A DNA stretch of 64,000 nt, taken from Caecitellus pseudoparvulus. Taxonomy: Eukaryota > Protista > Bigyra: Bicosoecida. Every line of letters starts with the position of its first letter. Position 1 is the first letter of the stretch. The notes under the pieces were generated by a model, which was not told the DNA's origin, did not search any database, and was given only the letters and a program-made list of their open reading frames with translations. The DNA lies in the NCBI GenBank assembly GCA_965644315.1, contig CBFFRQ010000018.1:744001-808000 (forward strand), read 5' to 3'. The position numbers and the translations under genes were made by a program. Positions 33,178 through 43,642 of the stretch are shown in pieces.

Positions 33178-36100
33178 ATGCCTGCAGGCGACTCGGCATC
33201 CAGCGGGGGGCAAGCCTCTGGTGCAGGTCCTCGACAGCCTGCTGGCCGAAGCCATGTGCCAAGCCTGTCCCAGTCAGCGCAGGCGGCCCGCCAGAATAGC
33301 ATGCAGGTGACCCTCGGAGCATACAACCCACATCGTTCAAGCTTTCTAGACCTCCACACCTGCCCTGCACTCGTGCATTGCTGGCATTGGCGCATTGGGT
33401 ACTCCGTGGACGTGGACCCAGTGGGAGTCGCGGTGCTCGTCGTGCACAACGCCTGGCACGGGCGGGAGCCAGCGGAGCCCACCGCCGAGAGCTTATGGGC
33501 GCGGCAAATCTACCATGCGCTGTGGTACCGGTACCTCTCCCTGTTCGTTTTGCTGGGCTACCTCTCCCTGACTGCCTTTGAGGTACCTGCCCTAGCAGAG
33601 TACAACCCAAGTCTGCAGGTCGCCGAGGGGCTGTGCCTGTTGATGTTCGCAGCAGACCTGCGCCTGCAGTGGCTGTACTATGGCCAGGACATATTCTTCA
33701 AGAAGCTTTGGAGCGTCGCCAAGGCCGTGCTCATCCCGCTTTTTTTCGTGTCCCTTGCCCTGCACGCTGGCTCGGGCGGCACTGTGGTGCACTTCGCCCG
33801 CCCCCTGCGCCCAGTCTTCCTCATCGAGCGCATGCGGGGCGTGCGCCGCGTCGCCGCCAACATGATGAAAGCCATCCCAAAGATGCTGTACGTGGGGTTC
33901 CTCATGTGGATGAACATCGCCTTCTTCGGCGTCGTCTTCTTTGTCTTCCTGAGGGGGGTGGAGGGCGTCCCCCCCAACATCCCGGGGTCGTCCCGTGTGT
34001 GCCCGCCCCGCCCCATCCCGCCCCCCCGCACCTGCTCGACATACAACAGCATCTGCAGGGACTACTTCGCGACGCTGGACAACTCCATCTACCAACTTTT
34101 TATTCTGTCCACCACTGCAAACTTCCCTGACGTCATGTTGCCAGCGTATGAGTGCAACCCCTTGTGGGCGTGGCTTTTCATCATCTTCATTGTCATTGCC
34201 ATCTACCTCCTCTTCAACCTCACACTTGCCGTTGCTTTCACCGCATTCTCATCTGTGACAGAGTCCAAGGTGCTTGACCAGATGGACAAGCAGCTCGCAG
34301 GCTTTGGCATGGCGTTTGGTGCTCTGCTCAAACACCAGCGACGCGCGCACCTCGCAGCGCAAGCCGCAGCAGCTGCAAGTAGGGCAAAAGAAGCTAGTGT
34401 AGAAGGCAGGCTGGGCAAGGCAGCTGAGGCCACAGCTGAGGCGACCATGTTCTCCCGAAGGGCCAGTGTGAGTCAACAGGCACAGGCTGCACAGTTACCG
34501 CAGCAGCAAGGGAGCTGCCTCACCCGCGCTATGTGGGTGCAATTCTACACCCGGCTGAAGCGCTCCGCGGATGGCTACATCGCGGGAGTGCTGTTCGATG
34601 CTCTTGACTCGGAAGGCACCGGTCTTGCGGACGAGGTCATGTTCCAGCGGCTGATGGTGTACTTTGCCCGCATTCACGTGCGGCGCCACGGCATTATACA
34701 GGCCATATCTCCCACTGACTCCCATGCAACCACAGGCTCTCTCCCCCCTCAGCCCCCTTCTGCCACCTCGTTGGCGGGGCCAGCAGCCACTCCCCCACCT
34801 GCGCCCTCCCAAGGCAGCCCAACTCAACCAGCCCGAGCTGGCCTCGCAGCAACTCAGGACTGGGGGAGCGCAAGCGGCCCGCGGCAGCGCCCTGCGCTCT
34901 CCAGTCAAGGTCAGCACAGGAGTTTCAGACACGGTGTCGCCTCGCCGCCGTCTGGGCCAACCACGACAGCATGCTGCAGCTGCCAAGGGGTCGCGAATGC
35001 TGCCCTGCGTGCTGTGGGAACATACGTTGGTTCTGGAGTGCCCATCGCCACCCCAAGAGCCAGAAAAGCCCCCCTGTGCAGCCGAAACTGGGCTGCGTAC
35101 ATGCTCTTCAATGCGTGGGCGACAGTGTTCTTTGACGGCATGGTGTTGCTGAACGGTGTCATCATTGTCGCTCAGCTGCAGCTCTCTGACGCTCATGCGA
35201 AATCAGCTGAGGGCTTCGTTTTGGCTGCAGAGAGCATTCAACTGGTCACGCTCTCTGTGTTCCTGGGTGAAGTTGTGGCGAAAGCCTTGGTGCTGGGCCC
35301 GCTCCACTACTTTCGCATGTCGGCCTACCATCGCAGCGACTTGCTGCTCGCACTGCTATCGGTCATGGCGCTGTCTTTGCAGGCAGAGACCACCGCCGAG
35401 GGTAGCGGGCAGCTGGCTTCCGCCATTACTATGGTGCGAATGGTGCGCATGCTTCGTGGCGCCCGAGTGCTGCCAGGCTTCACCGTCACCATGGCTTCGT
35501 TCATGGACGCCATCCCCCTGCTGGCGCAATTCGTCGTGGTGTATGCTGCCATGCTGTATTCTTTCGCTGTGATTGGCATGGAGCTGTACCATGACCTGCT
35601 CTCCCGCAGTGACGCAAACGTGGCTGCCTCTGCATACGGCCGCTTGCAGTACTGGGCGCTCAACTTCGACTCGATTTCAAACGCAATGACGACCCTCTTC
35701 CACACCAGCGTCGTGAACAACGCCCCAGTCGTCTTCGAAGGCCTGGAAGCTGCCACCGGGTCCAAGTGGCCCAGGGTCTTCTTCATCATGTACTACACCG
35801 TCACAGTGCTGCTGGTGCTGAATGTCGTCGTGGCGTTCTTTATCGAGTCCTTCTCCGTGCAGCGGGAACGCAGGGAAACCGTGGCCCAGCTCGTGGCAGA
35901 GGGAGCCATGGCACCTGACACTGCACCGTCGGGCACCCGGGCACGCAACGCCTCCTCCCCTTGGGAGCACCTCATCGTTGTCCCAGAGCTCGGCACCACA
36001 GCCACCTTGCTGCCAAATGGTTCCTTGGACATGGGCAGTGCGCTGTCTAAACGAGACATGCAGGGTGTGACGTTCCACGACTTGAAAAGCAAGCCAATCC

Positions 36101-36342
36101 TGCGGCCATCGTACGAGTGGCGGCTTGTCATTGAAGCTTCAGGCCTGGACACGTCACAGTACACTCTGTGGAAGCGTCTCCATGCAGATGACATTTACAC
36201 AACACTGTACATGTCGCAGCTTCGTGAGTCTTTCCCACAGGTGTTTTCAGACGAGGGCATTGGCCGGCACCGCTCAGTGCGGCAGGCGGGCGACCAGCCT
36301 GCTCTCAGGCCGAGCGTGGTGTCTCGGCGCAGTTCCATGTGA
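33178..36342 (+). CDS. Two-pore channel (TPC), two 6-TM repeats with EF-hand-like linker
   Basis: S4 motifs ARPLRP and VRMVRMLR; pore loops STTANFPDVMLPAY and TSVVNN; FAVIGMELY, LNFDS, LNVVVAFFIESF; EF-like FDALDSEGTGLADEVMF. May contain an in-frame intron near the 5' end. Confidence 0.93.
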   Translation: MPAGDSASSGGQASGAGPRQPAGRSHVPSLSQSAQAARQNSMQVTLGAYNPHRSSFLDLHTCPALVHCWHWRIGYSVDVDPVGVAVLVVHNAWHGREPAEPTAESLWARQIYHALWYRYLSLFVLLGYLSLTAFEVPALAEYNPSLQVAEGLCLLMFAADLRLQWLYYGQDIFFKKLWSVAKAVLIPLFFVSLALHAGSGGTVVHFARPLRPVFLIERMRGVRRVAANMMKAIPKMLYVGFLMWMNIAFFGVVFFVFLRGVEGVPPNIPGSSRVCPPRPIPPPRTCSTYNSICRDYFATLDNSIYQLFILSTTANFPDVMLPAYECNPLWAWLFIIFIVIAIYLLFNLTLAVAFTAFSSVTESKVLDQMDKQLAGFGMAFGALLKHQRRAHLAAQAAAAASRAKEASVEGRLGKAAEATAEATMFSRRASVSQQAQAAQLPQQQGSCLTRAMWVQFYTRLKRSADGYIAGVLFDALDSEGTGLADEVMFQRLMVYFARIHVRRHGIIQAISPTDSHATTGSLPPQPPSATSLAGPAATPPPAPSQGSPTQPARAGLAATQDWGSASGPRQRPALSSQGQHRSFRHGVASPPSGPTTTACCSCQGVANAALRAVGTYVGSGVPIATPRARKAPLCSRNWAAYMLFNAWATVFFDGMVLLNGVIIVAQLQLSDAHAKSAEGFVLAAESIQLVTLSVFLGEVVAKALVLGPLHYFRMSAYHRSDLLLALLSVMALSLQAETTAEGSGQLASAITMVRMVRMLRGARVLPGFTVTMASFMDAIPLLAQFVVVYAAMLYSFAVIGMELYHDLLSRSDANVAASAYGRLQYWALNFDSISNAMTTLFHTSVVNNAPVVFEGLEAATGSKWPRVFFIMYYTVTVLLVLNVVVAFFIESFSVQRERRETVAQLVAEGAMAPDTAPSGTRARNASSPWEHLIVVPELGTTATLLPNGSLDMGSALSKRDMQGVTFHDLKSKPILRPSYEWRLVIEASGLDTSQYTLWKRLHADDIYTTLYMSQLRESFPQVFSDEGIGRHRSVRQAGDQPALRPSVVSRRSSM

Positions 36343-36391
36343 CGTTTGCGTCGCACCCTGCGTCAGCCTACATGCATTTATTTTGGTATGT

Positions 36392-38803
36392 TCATGAAAC
36401 TCCCACTCCGTTCCCAGCCCGGACTTCACGCAGGAGGTCGTGCAATCGGCTGTGACGAGGCACGATGGGCTGCACGCGCTGCACGTCAATGTGCCGTGGC
36501 GAGCGAGGTGTGGCTGCCGCAGCATCAGCGGCAGCACCTACCTGCAGCTTGGAGGCAGCGTGCGCCCGATGGAGGCTTTGGCGCCCAGCCATGCCTCGGG
36601 CGAGCGTCGCCCGCACATCCCCCAGCCAGCCCTGAAGCGCCTGGTCGTCGCCGACGTCCACTGTGAAGGCCAGTTGCTGCAGGGCTTGATCAGCAGGCGC
36701 AGGGGAGGCATTCAAACCATCGCACATGACGCGCAGTTCCAGCAGTGAAGGCTGAGTTGGCGACGCAGCTGCGGCATCCGGTCGGCCTTTCGGTGAGAAA
36801 GGCCTCAGCAGGGACCCGGGGGAGCCAGCTTCGGCCTGTCGAATTGCTGGGGGCTTGGAAGAGGCTGCACTGATTCTTCCCACTGGAAGGCTGTGAGCAC
36901 TTCCGCCGCCCTCAGACGTGGCTGAGGGGGGGGGCGGCGGCTGATGTTGCGCGATGAGAGGCGTCGCAGAGCTGCCACCAGTCAGAGACATTGGGTGCGG
37001 TCCCGCCACCAGCCGCAAGGAGGACCGGGCGGGGAGCAGCGGCGGCGACCCCATGCTGTGCGACCTTGCTGGCGGACTCGGCACGTGCGAGTCTATGGGG
37101 ATGGGGCTGGAGGCGGCGAGAGCTGCGCTGCCAATGGACAGGTTCCGACTGTGGAGGCGCTCGTGGGGGCTGCTGCTCCCCTCAAGAGCAATGGCATCAA
37201 GTGCCGAGCCACAGGCGACGACATGCCAGGCGCTGCCCATCCACCGCCTCATGAGCACGACCTTTCCGTCAGAGAAGAGCAGCAGGGTGCGCCGGCCGGG
37301 CTTGCAACGTGGAGGGGCCACCGACACCACTCGCACCTCGGCTTCCCGCACCAGGCTGCGGCCAGGACTCATGAGCTGGATGGTGCCTCCCAGCAGCTCC
37401 TGCTGCACATCTGCGAGGCGTTTCTGCGCAGAGACTGCGGTCATGCCCTCGTTCATGGAGCTGGCCAGGCATGTGGCTTGGCGCAGAGTCGCCTGCACCG
37501 CTGCGTGCGCTGGGTGGCGGGCTGGAGTCGCAGCCAACAACGCCTCCAGCAGCAGCTTGTACCGTGGAGGGCGCTGCACTGGCCGCATGAACGCGTCTTT
37601 CAAGCCAGGGACTGCGGGGGTGGCGGAAGGCAGCGGAGGGCTTTCCGCCCAATCAGAGGGCAGCGGGAGCGCCGGCAACTGCGGGGGGATTGCAGCACCA
37701 TGGACGGCTCTGACGAAAGAGGCGAAGGATGCCTGGGTGTCCAGCAGCTGCTGGACACGGCTGTTGCGCTCGGGGATCTGTGCGGAATACACTGGCAACA
37801 CCTTCAGGAAGGCCAGCACCGTCTGCAGAGCAGCCATCACAGCCACGAGCAGCGCCTCATCATCCGCCAGCGAGTCAGCGCCCCCCCAGTGTGCTTGAAA
37901 AGCCTGCAGCAAGTTGTGCACACACACCATGTGGTTGGGCAGTTGCACTTGCACGAGGGACTGGAAGAGCAGCTCCCACTCAGCAGCGGACAGAGTGGGG
38001 GGGCTAAGCGCATTGGCAGAGATGAAGGAAGCCGCATGGGGTGCGACGAAGTCAGGGCTGCGCAGGGATCGACGCCTGCGCGCGGGAGGGCTGGTGGGTG
38101 CGCCGTCCTTGCTGTCGGCCCTGTCCGGGACGCCCCGCCTCGCCGCCAGGAGCCGGGAAGGGCGGGCAAAAGGCACGCCTGCCTTGGCCCTCATGGGCTC
38201 CGCAAAGGCGACGTCCACTGCTTGAAGTGCCTGCACGTGCCGGACCTCAGAATGCAGGATCTCCAGCACAGTGTGTCGGCGCTTCTGGGCCAGCTTGGAT
38301 TGCAGCTGGCTGGCTTCCTCTGAGGCGCCCCCAGCCCCATCCCACTCCACAGCTGCCAAGCGCTGCCGAAGCTGCTCTTGCCATGCTTGCCATTGCTGGA
38401 CGTGGCAGGTCATTTGTCTGCACACTTGCTGCCTTTCGACTTGCTGGGCGGTGCTGAGCTGCACGCTGCCTGGCTGTGCAGGCCCCTCCAAAGCATCCAG
38501 GTGAAACTTCACAACTGCACCTGACAGGAGCACTGCAGTGTTGACGTGTTCCAGTGCTTGATTGAGGCAGGCAGCTGAGAGGCCTGAGGAGAGGGGCAGC
38601 AACGCCACATGGCTGGCTTCACCTGCGGTCGCAGCGGCACACCCCTCTCCCTCTGCCAGTGGCGATGCAGCGGTGGGAGGCTCTGGCCGCGCGCACTGCA
38701 GGACGGTGAGTGCTTCTGTCACACTACTCTCAGCCAGAGACCTTGCGCTGCTCGCACTGTCTGCATCGTACACCCGCACGAGTGGCGGCGTGGCAGCTGC
38801 CAT
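36392..38803 (-). CDS. RhoGEF (DH + PH domains)
   Basis: RRHTVLEILHSEVRHVQAL (DH CR1), MRPVQRPPRYKLLLEALLAAT (CR3), MNE, then PGRSLVRE...RRTLLLFSD (PH). Confidence 0.88.
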   Translation of the reverse strand: MAAATPPLVRVYDADSASSARSLAESSVTEALTVLQCARPEPPTAASPLAEGEGCAAATAGEASHVALLPLSSGLSAACLNQALEHVNTAVLLSGAVVKFHLDALEGPAQPGSVQLSTAQQVERQQVCRQMTCHVQQWQAWQEQLRQRLAAVEWDGAGGASEEASQLQSKLAQKRRHTVLEILHSEVRHVQALQAVDVAFAEPMRAKAGVPFARPSRLLAARRGVPDRADSKDGAPTSPPARRRRSLRSPDFVAPHAASFISANALSPPTLSAAEWELLFQSLVQVQLPNHMVCVHNLLQAFQAHWGGADSLADDEALLVAVMAALQTVLAFLKVLPVYSAQIPERNSRVQQLLDTQASFASFVRAVHGAAIPPQLPALPLPSDWAESPPLPSATPAVPGLKDAFMRPVQRPPRYKLLLEALLAATPARHPAHAAVQATLRQATCLASSMNEGMTAVSAQKRLADVQQELLGGTIQLMSPGRSLVREAEVRVVSVAPPRCKPGRRTLLLFSDGKVVLMRRWMGSAWHVVACGSALDAIALEGSSSPHERLHSRNLSIGSAALAASSPIPIDSHVPSPPARSHSMGSPPLLPARSSLRLVAGPHPMSLTGGSSATPLIAQHQPPPPPSATSEGGGSAHSLPVGRISAASSKPPAIRQAEAGSPGSLLRPFSPKGRPDAAAASPTQPSLLELRVMCDGLNASPAPADQALQQLAFTVDVGDDQALQGWLGDVRATLARGMAGRQSLHRAHAASKLQVGAAADAAAATPRSPRHIDVQRVQPIVPRHSRLHDLLREVRAGNGVGVS

Positions 38804-38975
38804 CCGCAGCCTGCTCGGCAGAGCGCAGGGAACGGCACGGGGGAAGCTGCATTTAGGGGCCCTGCTGGCAAAGGCAGCGGGCAGGGGGCACACAGAAACA
38901 GTCTGTGCGCGCGTCCTGCCCAGGCCGATTGCAATGTGGGGCCACAACCAAAGTGCAGCCGCCGCGCGGGTCGCC

Positions 38976-40243
38976 TCAGTCCTCCCGGCGCCGGCGTCGG
39001 GGCGAGGCACTCGCCGCCTTGGGCGAGGCAGCAGGGACAGGCGAGGCCGCCTCCTCCCCCACCTCCGACTGCAACATGCGCCCTTCTTCGTCCAGCTTGA
39101 GCCAGGCCGGCAGTGCGGCACGTGTGGCGAACATGTGGGAGACCTGCGAGTTCACCTCCGTGGCGGACTGCCCGCTCTTGTTCAGCGCCTCCACAACCTG
39201 CTCCAGCTCAGTGGCCCGCCAGGCAACGTTGAAGCCCTGCTTCTGCAGGAGAGCCCGCAAAGTGCGCACGGTCGCGAAGTCCTCCACCTCCAGGGTCACC
39301 TGCTGGATGCCCGCCCACTGCTCGGGGCGCAGGCCCTGCAACACCTGCAGCTCAGCTCCCTCCACGTCCACCTTCAGCAGGTCGATGTGGGAGATGGACT
39401 CCGTGTCCAAGATGTCCCCCAGCTTCTTCAGCGTTGCAGGCACCTTCTCTGTCTCCCCCGCGCGCACGAGGAAGATGCTCACCAGCGCACGCCACACCCA
39501 CACCGGCACCACAGCGAGTGGGGAGCCCTCAGCCGACAGGCCTGCCGCGATGGCCGTGGGCATGTCATGCGCCAAGCGCGCCATGCGGTTTTCGTCCATG
39601 GCCCCATCTGTCGTGCTCCAAATGCTCATGAAGGGGTGGTGGTCAAACGTGACCTGAGCATCAGCATCTGACAGACCCACGTTGAATCTGAGCAAGGCGG
39701 TGGAGCGGAGGCGGTAAGGCTACTGTGTGCATGTGCTGCCTTGCACCCAGACACGCACGCTTTGATCTTCCCACCCGCGCCATGCTTCTCAGCATTGGCC
39801 GCGAGGCAGGCGAAAGTCGTCGGCATGGGCTCAAAGGACAAGATGCGGGCATCTCCGCCACACTCTTGCAAAGCCCACAAGGAGAACAGGCCAATGTTGG
39901 CACCTGCATCAACAATCGTATCTCCAGCCTTGAACTTGATGATGCCTGCAACGCAGCGCGCAGGGCGGCAGGCAGCGTGCCTGGCAGGGTGAGGTGCACT
40001 GCAGCAACACCGCTGAAAATCCGCACCAGTGCGGTAGCAGGCATCCTGAAAGATCTCCTTGTCCAGGAAGTCCGTTTCGTACTGCTGCAGCTGCTTGATT
40101 TCCATCCCATTCTTCAGCTTGCCAGGGGTGGGCTTGGGCTTGAAGCCACAGTACGCCCAGGCTGCCAAAGCGGCAAAAGCCAGAACCAGCAACAGGACCA
40201 AGCCAGCGGCGGCCCAAGTCAGGGCAGACAGCAGCCCCTCCAT
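38976..40243 (-). CDS. FkbM-family SAM methyltransferase with N-terminal membrane anchor; 3 exons
   Basis: IVDAGANIGLFSL, ILSFEPMP, IDLLKVDVEGAELQVLQG, LEVE. Confidence 0.9.
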
Positions 40244-40475
40244 GTTGCAGGAGACTCGAGCAGAGCGCGGGCAGTGGGCCACAAGTCGTAGACGTCCTCG
40301 CACGGCGCCCAGTGTGTGTGTGGGAAGGTGTGCGGCTCTGGCAAGTGCAGGGCGCCGGCGTGGCTGGTTGGGGGGGGGGTGTGTGCAGCTGCTCCATTTC
40401 CGCGCACCCGGACAAAACAACGCCAGACACTGGAATGCCCTGACTCCCCATGTGCGACGCTTCCCCGTTGCAACC

Positions 40476-42666
40476 ATGGCAACCGAAGAGTCCACCCCTG
40501 CCGTCCCGGCAGCATCCGGTGCGCCAGTTGAGACTGGCGCCGGAGGAGCTGCCAGCGGAGAGCGCGGCGTCACTTTCTCCACCCTGGAGGTGAGTTTGCC
40601 GCTGCACTTGGCCTCGCCCAGGCAGCGCAGCACTGCGGTTGCCGCTGCTACCTCAGACTGGCTTGGCTGAACAGAACTTGGAAACGCTGGACGTGTCCAA
40701 GCTGCACCCGCTGTCCCCCGAAGTCATCTCGAGGCAAGCCACAATCAACATCGGTGCGTGTTCCGCTGGCAGTGGCCACACCAGCCTGCAGACCTGCACG
40801 CCGCTGGCCTGCCCCACCCCAGGCACCATTGGCCACGTGGCACATGGCAAGAGCACAATCGTAAAGTCCATCTCCGGAGTGAAGGTGCGTCAGGCGCGCG
40901 GTGCACGGCGCTGGGTCCCACTGGCACAGGGGCACTGCACCACCGACTGACAGACTCGAGACACGTTTGAACCTCCGCCTGCCCTGCCCGCAGACCGTTC
41001 GCTTTAAGAACGAGCTGGTGCGAAACATCACCATCAAGCTTGGCTACGCCAACGCCAAGATCTACAAGAGCAAGGCTGAGTGCGTTGGCGCCGTCACGCG
41101 GCTGCTGTGTGGCGCAGTGGTGGGAAACTGTGCGCCCCCGCTCTCCCCTCCCCAGACCCTGGAAGTACGAAGCTCATGGCTCTGCTCACCCAGACGAGTA
41201 CGTCACCGAGGACGGCGTTGAGATGCGCCTCGTGCGGCACGTCTCGTTTGTGGACTGCCCCGGCCACGACATTCTGATGGCCACCATGCTCAACGGCGCT
41301 GCCGTCATGGACGCAGCCTTGCTGCTCATCGCCGCCAACGAGCCCTGCCCCCAGCCCCAGACAGCTGAGCACCTGGCTGCCACTGAGATCATGCAGCTCA
41401 GCAACATCATCATCGTCCAGAACAAAATCGACTTGGTGAAGCCTGAGGAAGCGGCGGAGCAGCACAGCATCATTCAAGACTTCGTGGAGGGCACACCTGC
41501 GTCGGGGGCGCCCATCATCCCCGTGTCTGCTCAGCTCAAGTACAACGTGGACATGGTGTGCCGTGCCATTGCGAAGAAGATCCCCATGCCTGTGCGGGAC
41601 TTCACCTCTTCTCCCCGCCTCATCGTCATCCGTTCGTTTGATGTGAACAAGCCTGGCGAGCAGGCTGAGAACCTCAAGGTACGTCTCAAAACACTTCTTC
41701 ACGCCCATGTGGGAGTGATTAATCCAAAGCGATTGCTTTGGTCCGTGTTATTGATGTCATGCCCCGGCTGAGCTGCAGCAATGCGCCCTGGGGTGTGCCC
41801 TGATTACAACTCAAAACGTCTGACCCATCCGATTGTTTTGCTCCTGCCATGCCGCCTGTGTAGTGCACCTCTCACTGCGCCTTCCCCGCTTTCTGCACAG
41901 GGTGGCGTTGCCGGTGGCTCCATTCTGCGAGGTGTGTTGAAGGAGGGTGACGAAATCGAGATTCGCCCAGGCATGATCTCCAAGTCCGGAGGCTGTGTCC
42001 CCATCCACAGCCGTGTCATGTCTCTCTTCGCTGAGAAGAACACACTGAAGTACGCCGTGCCAGGTGGCCTCATTGGCGTGGGCACCAAGATTGACCCAGC
42101 CTACGCACGGTCAGACCGCCTTGTCGGACAGGTACGTGCGGTAGCCGGCGAGGTCCCCACCCCTTCTATGATTTTATACAATTATCCCTGTCCGAGGCGC
42201 CCAAGAAAGGGAGGCATGCAGAGAAACCTATATGAGAACTCTTGCTTGTCCGCCCTGTGCAGCCCCGCCGCTGACACACCTTCACGCTGCTTGTCTGCGT
42301 CCTTCACAGGTTCTTGGCCTGCGTGGGCACCTTCCCCCCGTTTTCAAGGAGCTTGATATCCAATTCCACCTGCTCCGTCGGCTGCTGGGGCAGAAGTCCG
42401 AGGGACGCCAGAAGAAGGTGACGAAGGTCACCAAGCGAGAGACCCTCATGCTCAATGTCGGCTCCACGTCCACAGCCGCGACTGTGACGGCGGTGCACGG
42501 CGACCAGGCCACCCTTTCCCTCGTCAAGCCAGTGTGCACTGAGCTGGGCGCCAAGGTCGCCCTGTCCCGCAAAGTGGACAAGCATTGGCGCCTCATCGGG
42601 CACGGCAGCATCGCTGCTGGCACCCCCGTTGCATTGAAGGACGACTTGAACCCCAGCCGCAGCTGA
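40476..42666 (+). CDS. EIF2S3: Eukaryotic translation initiation factor 2 gamma subunit; 7 exons
   Basis: [87 protein letters not shown]. Introns 40590-40656, 40754-40822, 40885-40993, 41080-41155, 41679-41900, 42132-42309. Confidence 0.98.
41710..41828 (+). ncRNA. Box C/D snoRNA, U18/SNORD18-like, intronic
   Basis: Terminal stem TGGG/CCCA; C-like GTGATTA (41715); guide TTGGTCCGTGTT (41738-41749), antisense to conserved LSU rRNA AACACGGACCAA; D' TTGA; internal hairpin; C' CTGATTA; D CTGA (41820). Confidence 0.8.
42164..42238 (+). ncRNA. Box C/D snoRNA, snR38/SNORD1-like, intronic copy
   Basis: C-like ATGATTT; guide TTATCCCTGT, antisense to conserved LSU rRNA ACAGGGAUAA; D' CCGA; D-like ATGA; short stem TTC/GAA. 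Duplicated at 42712-42797. Confidence 0.75.
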
Positions 42667-42711
42667 GGCTGTACCCATGGTGCGTGAATGTTGTGATGGC
42701 ATGGTAGGAGT

Positions 42712-42797
42712 GCAAGTTTCCGTGATTTTATACAATTATCCCTGTCCGAGGCGCCCAAAAAGGGAGGCATGCAGAGAAACCTGTATGAGAATCTTGC
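42712..42797 (+). ncRNA. Box C/D snoRNA, snR38/SNORD1-like, second copy downstream of the eIF2-gamma stop
   Basis: Near-identical ~70-nt core to the 42164 copy, with a longer stem GCAAG-TTC/GAA-CTTGC. Confidence 0.75.
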
Positions 42798-43642
42798 CGC
42801 TCCTTCCACGTGTGCCTGACCGCGCTGCCCCTTCAGCGTGCGGCATTTCACGATGGCTCCCGTCTCTTTGTGCAGGGATGTGCAGGGCCCACTAATTTTC
42901 CGGGCTTGTGACTGAATGCAGCGGCTGTTTCTTCCCCTTATCACGCTTTTTGCCTCACTTCACCCATGCAAGTCCCCCAGCCAGGCACTCGTGAAGGACA
43001 GGGGGTGTTGGTGAACTCTGGCCTCTCGCCACACTCACGGTTCAGCAAGCCCCACAGCTCTTCGCCTCGGGCATCTTCGGGCATCGTCTCGCTGTTTGAA
43101 GCTGGCCGCAGAGGCCGAGGTTTGCGTTCCAGGGACGCCCCCCGCACACACGGATGAGACACACAGGCAGCAAACACACCACTCCGCTTAAAATACCCCA
43201 TTCAAAGTGTTTGCGGAAGTGACTGACGGACAGCGCCGTGGCCAGAGCCAGGCGACGCTTGCACTTGTCGACGCATGTCGCAGCGGCAGTCCTTTTTCCG
43301 CACTTGCAGCAGCCTCGAAGCGAGGTCAGCCGGAAACACCCGTGTCCAGTCCCAGTACTGGACCCGCACTTGAAGGTTAGTGCAATGTACTGCGTTTTCC
43401 TCACTGTCAGCGCCTCCAGCAGTGTGGTGACCGACGCACTACGTCGGGAATGCCTCATCGTTGAGCTGCGCCAGTGCACCTTGTCGAGCGGCCGTGCTGG
43501 TCGACAGGCGGACTAGTCGGCGAGAGACTACACGCCGTGTCTCGCGCTTTAAAGTGTGCCTGGTCCCTGCACTCCAGCACCTCCTTGTGCGCGCCACAGG
43601 CATCTCCGTAGCTTGCCCCCACCACGCCAACCGACGGCCAGC

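Noticed and set aside
38803-39121. RhoGEF frame extending into the FkbM 3' end, suggesting a fusion or frameshift
   Set aside because: The extension is low-complexity, has no slippery site, and stop-free stretches are common at this GC; ATG 38803 suffices.
42900-43600. Small ORFs between eIF2-gamma and the GAC-like gene
   Set aside because: No coherent exon chain or motif; probably UTR and promoter.
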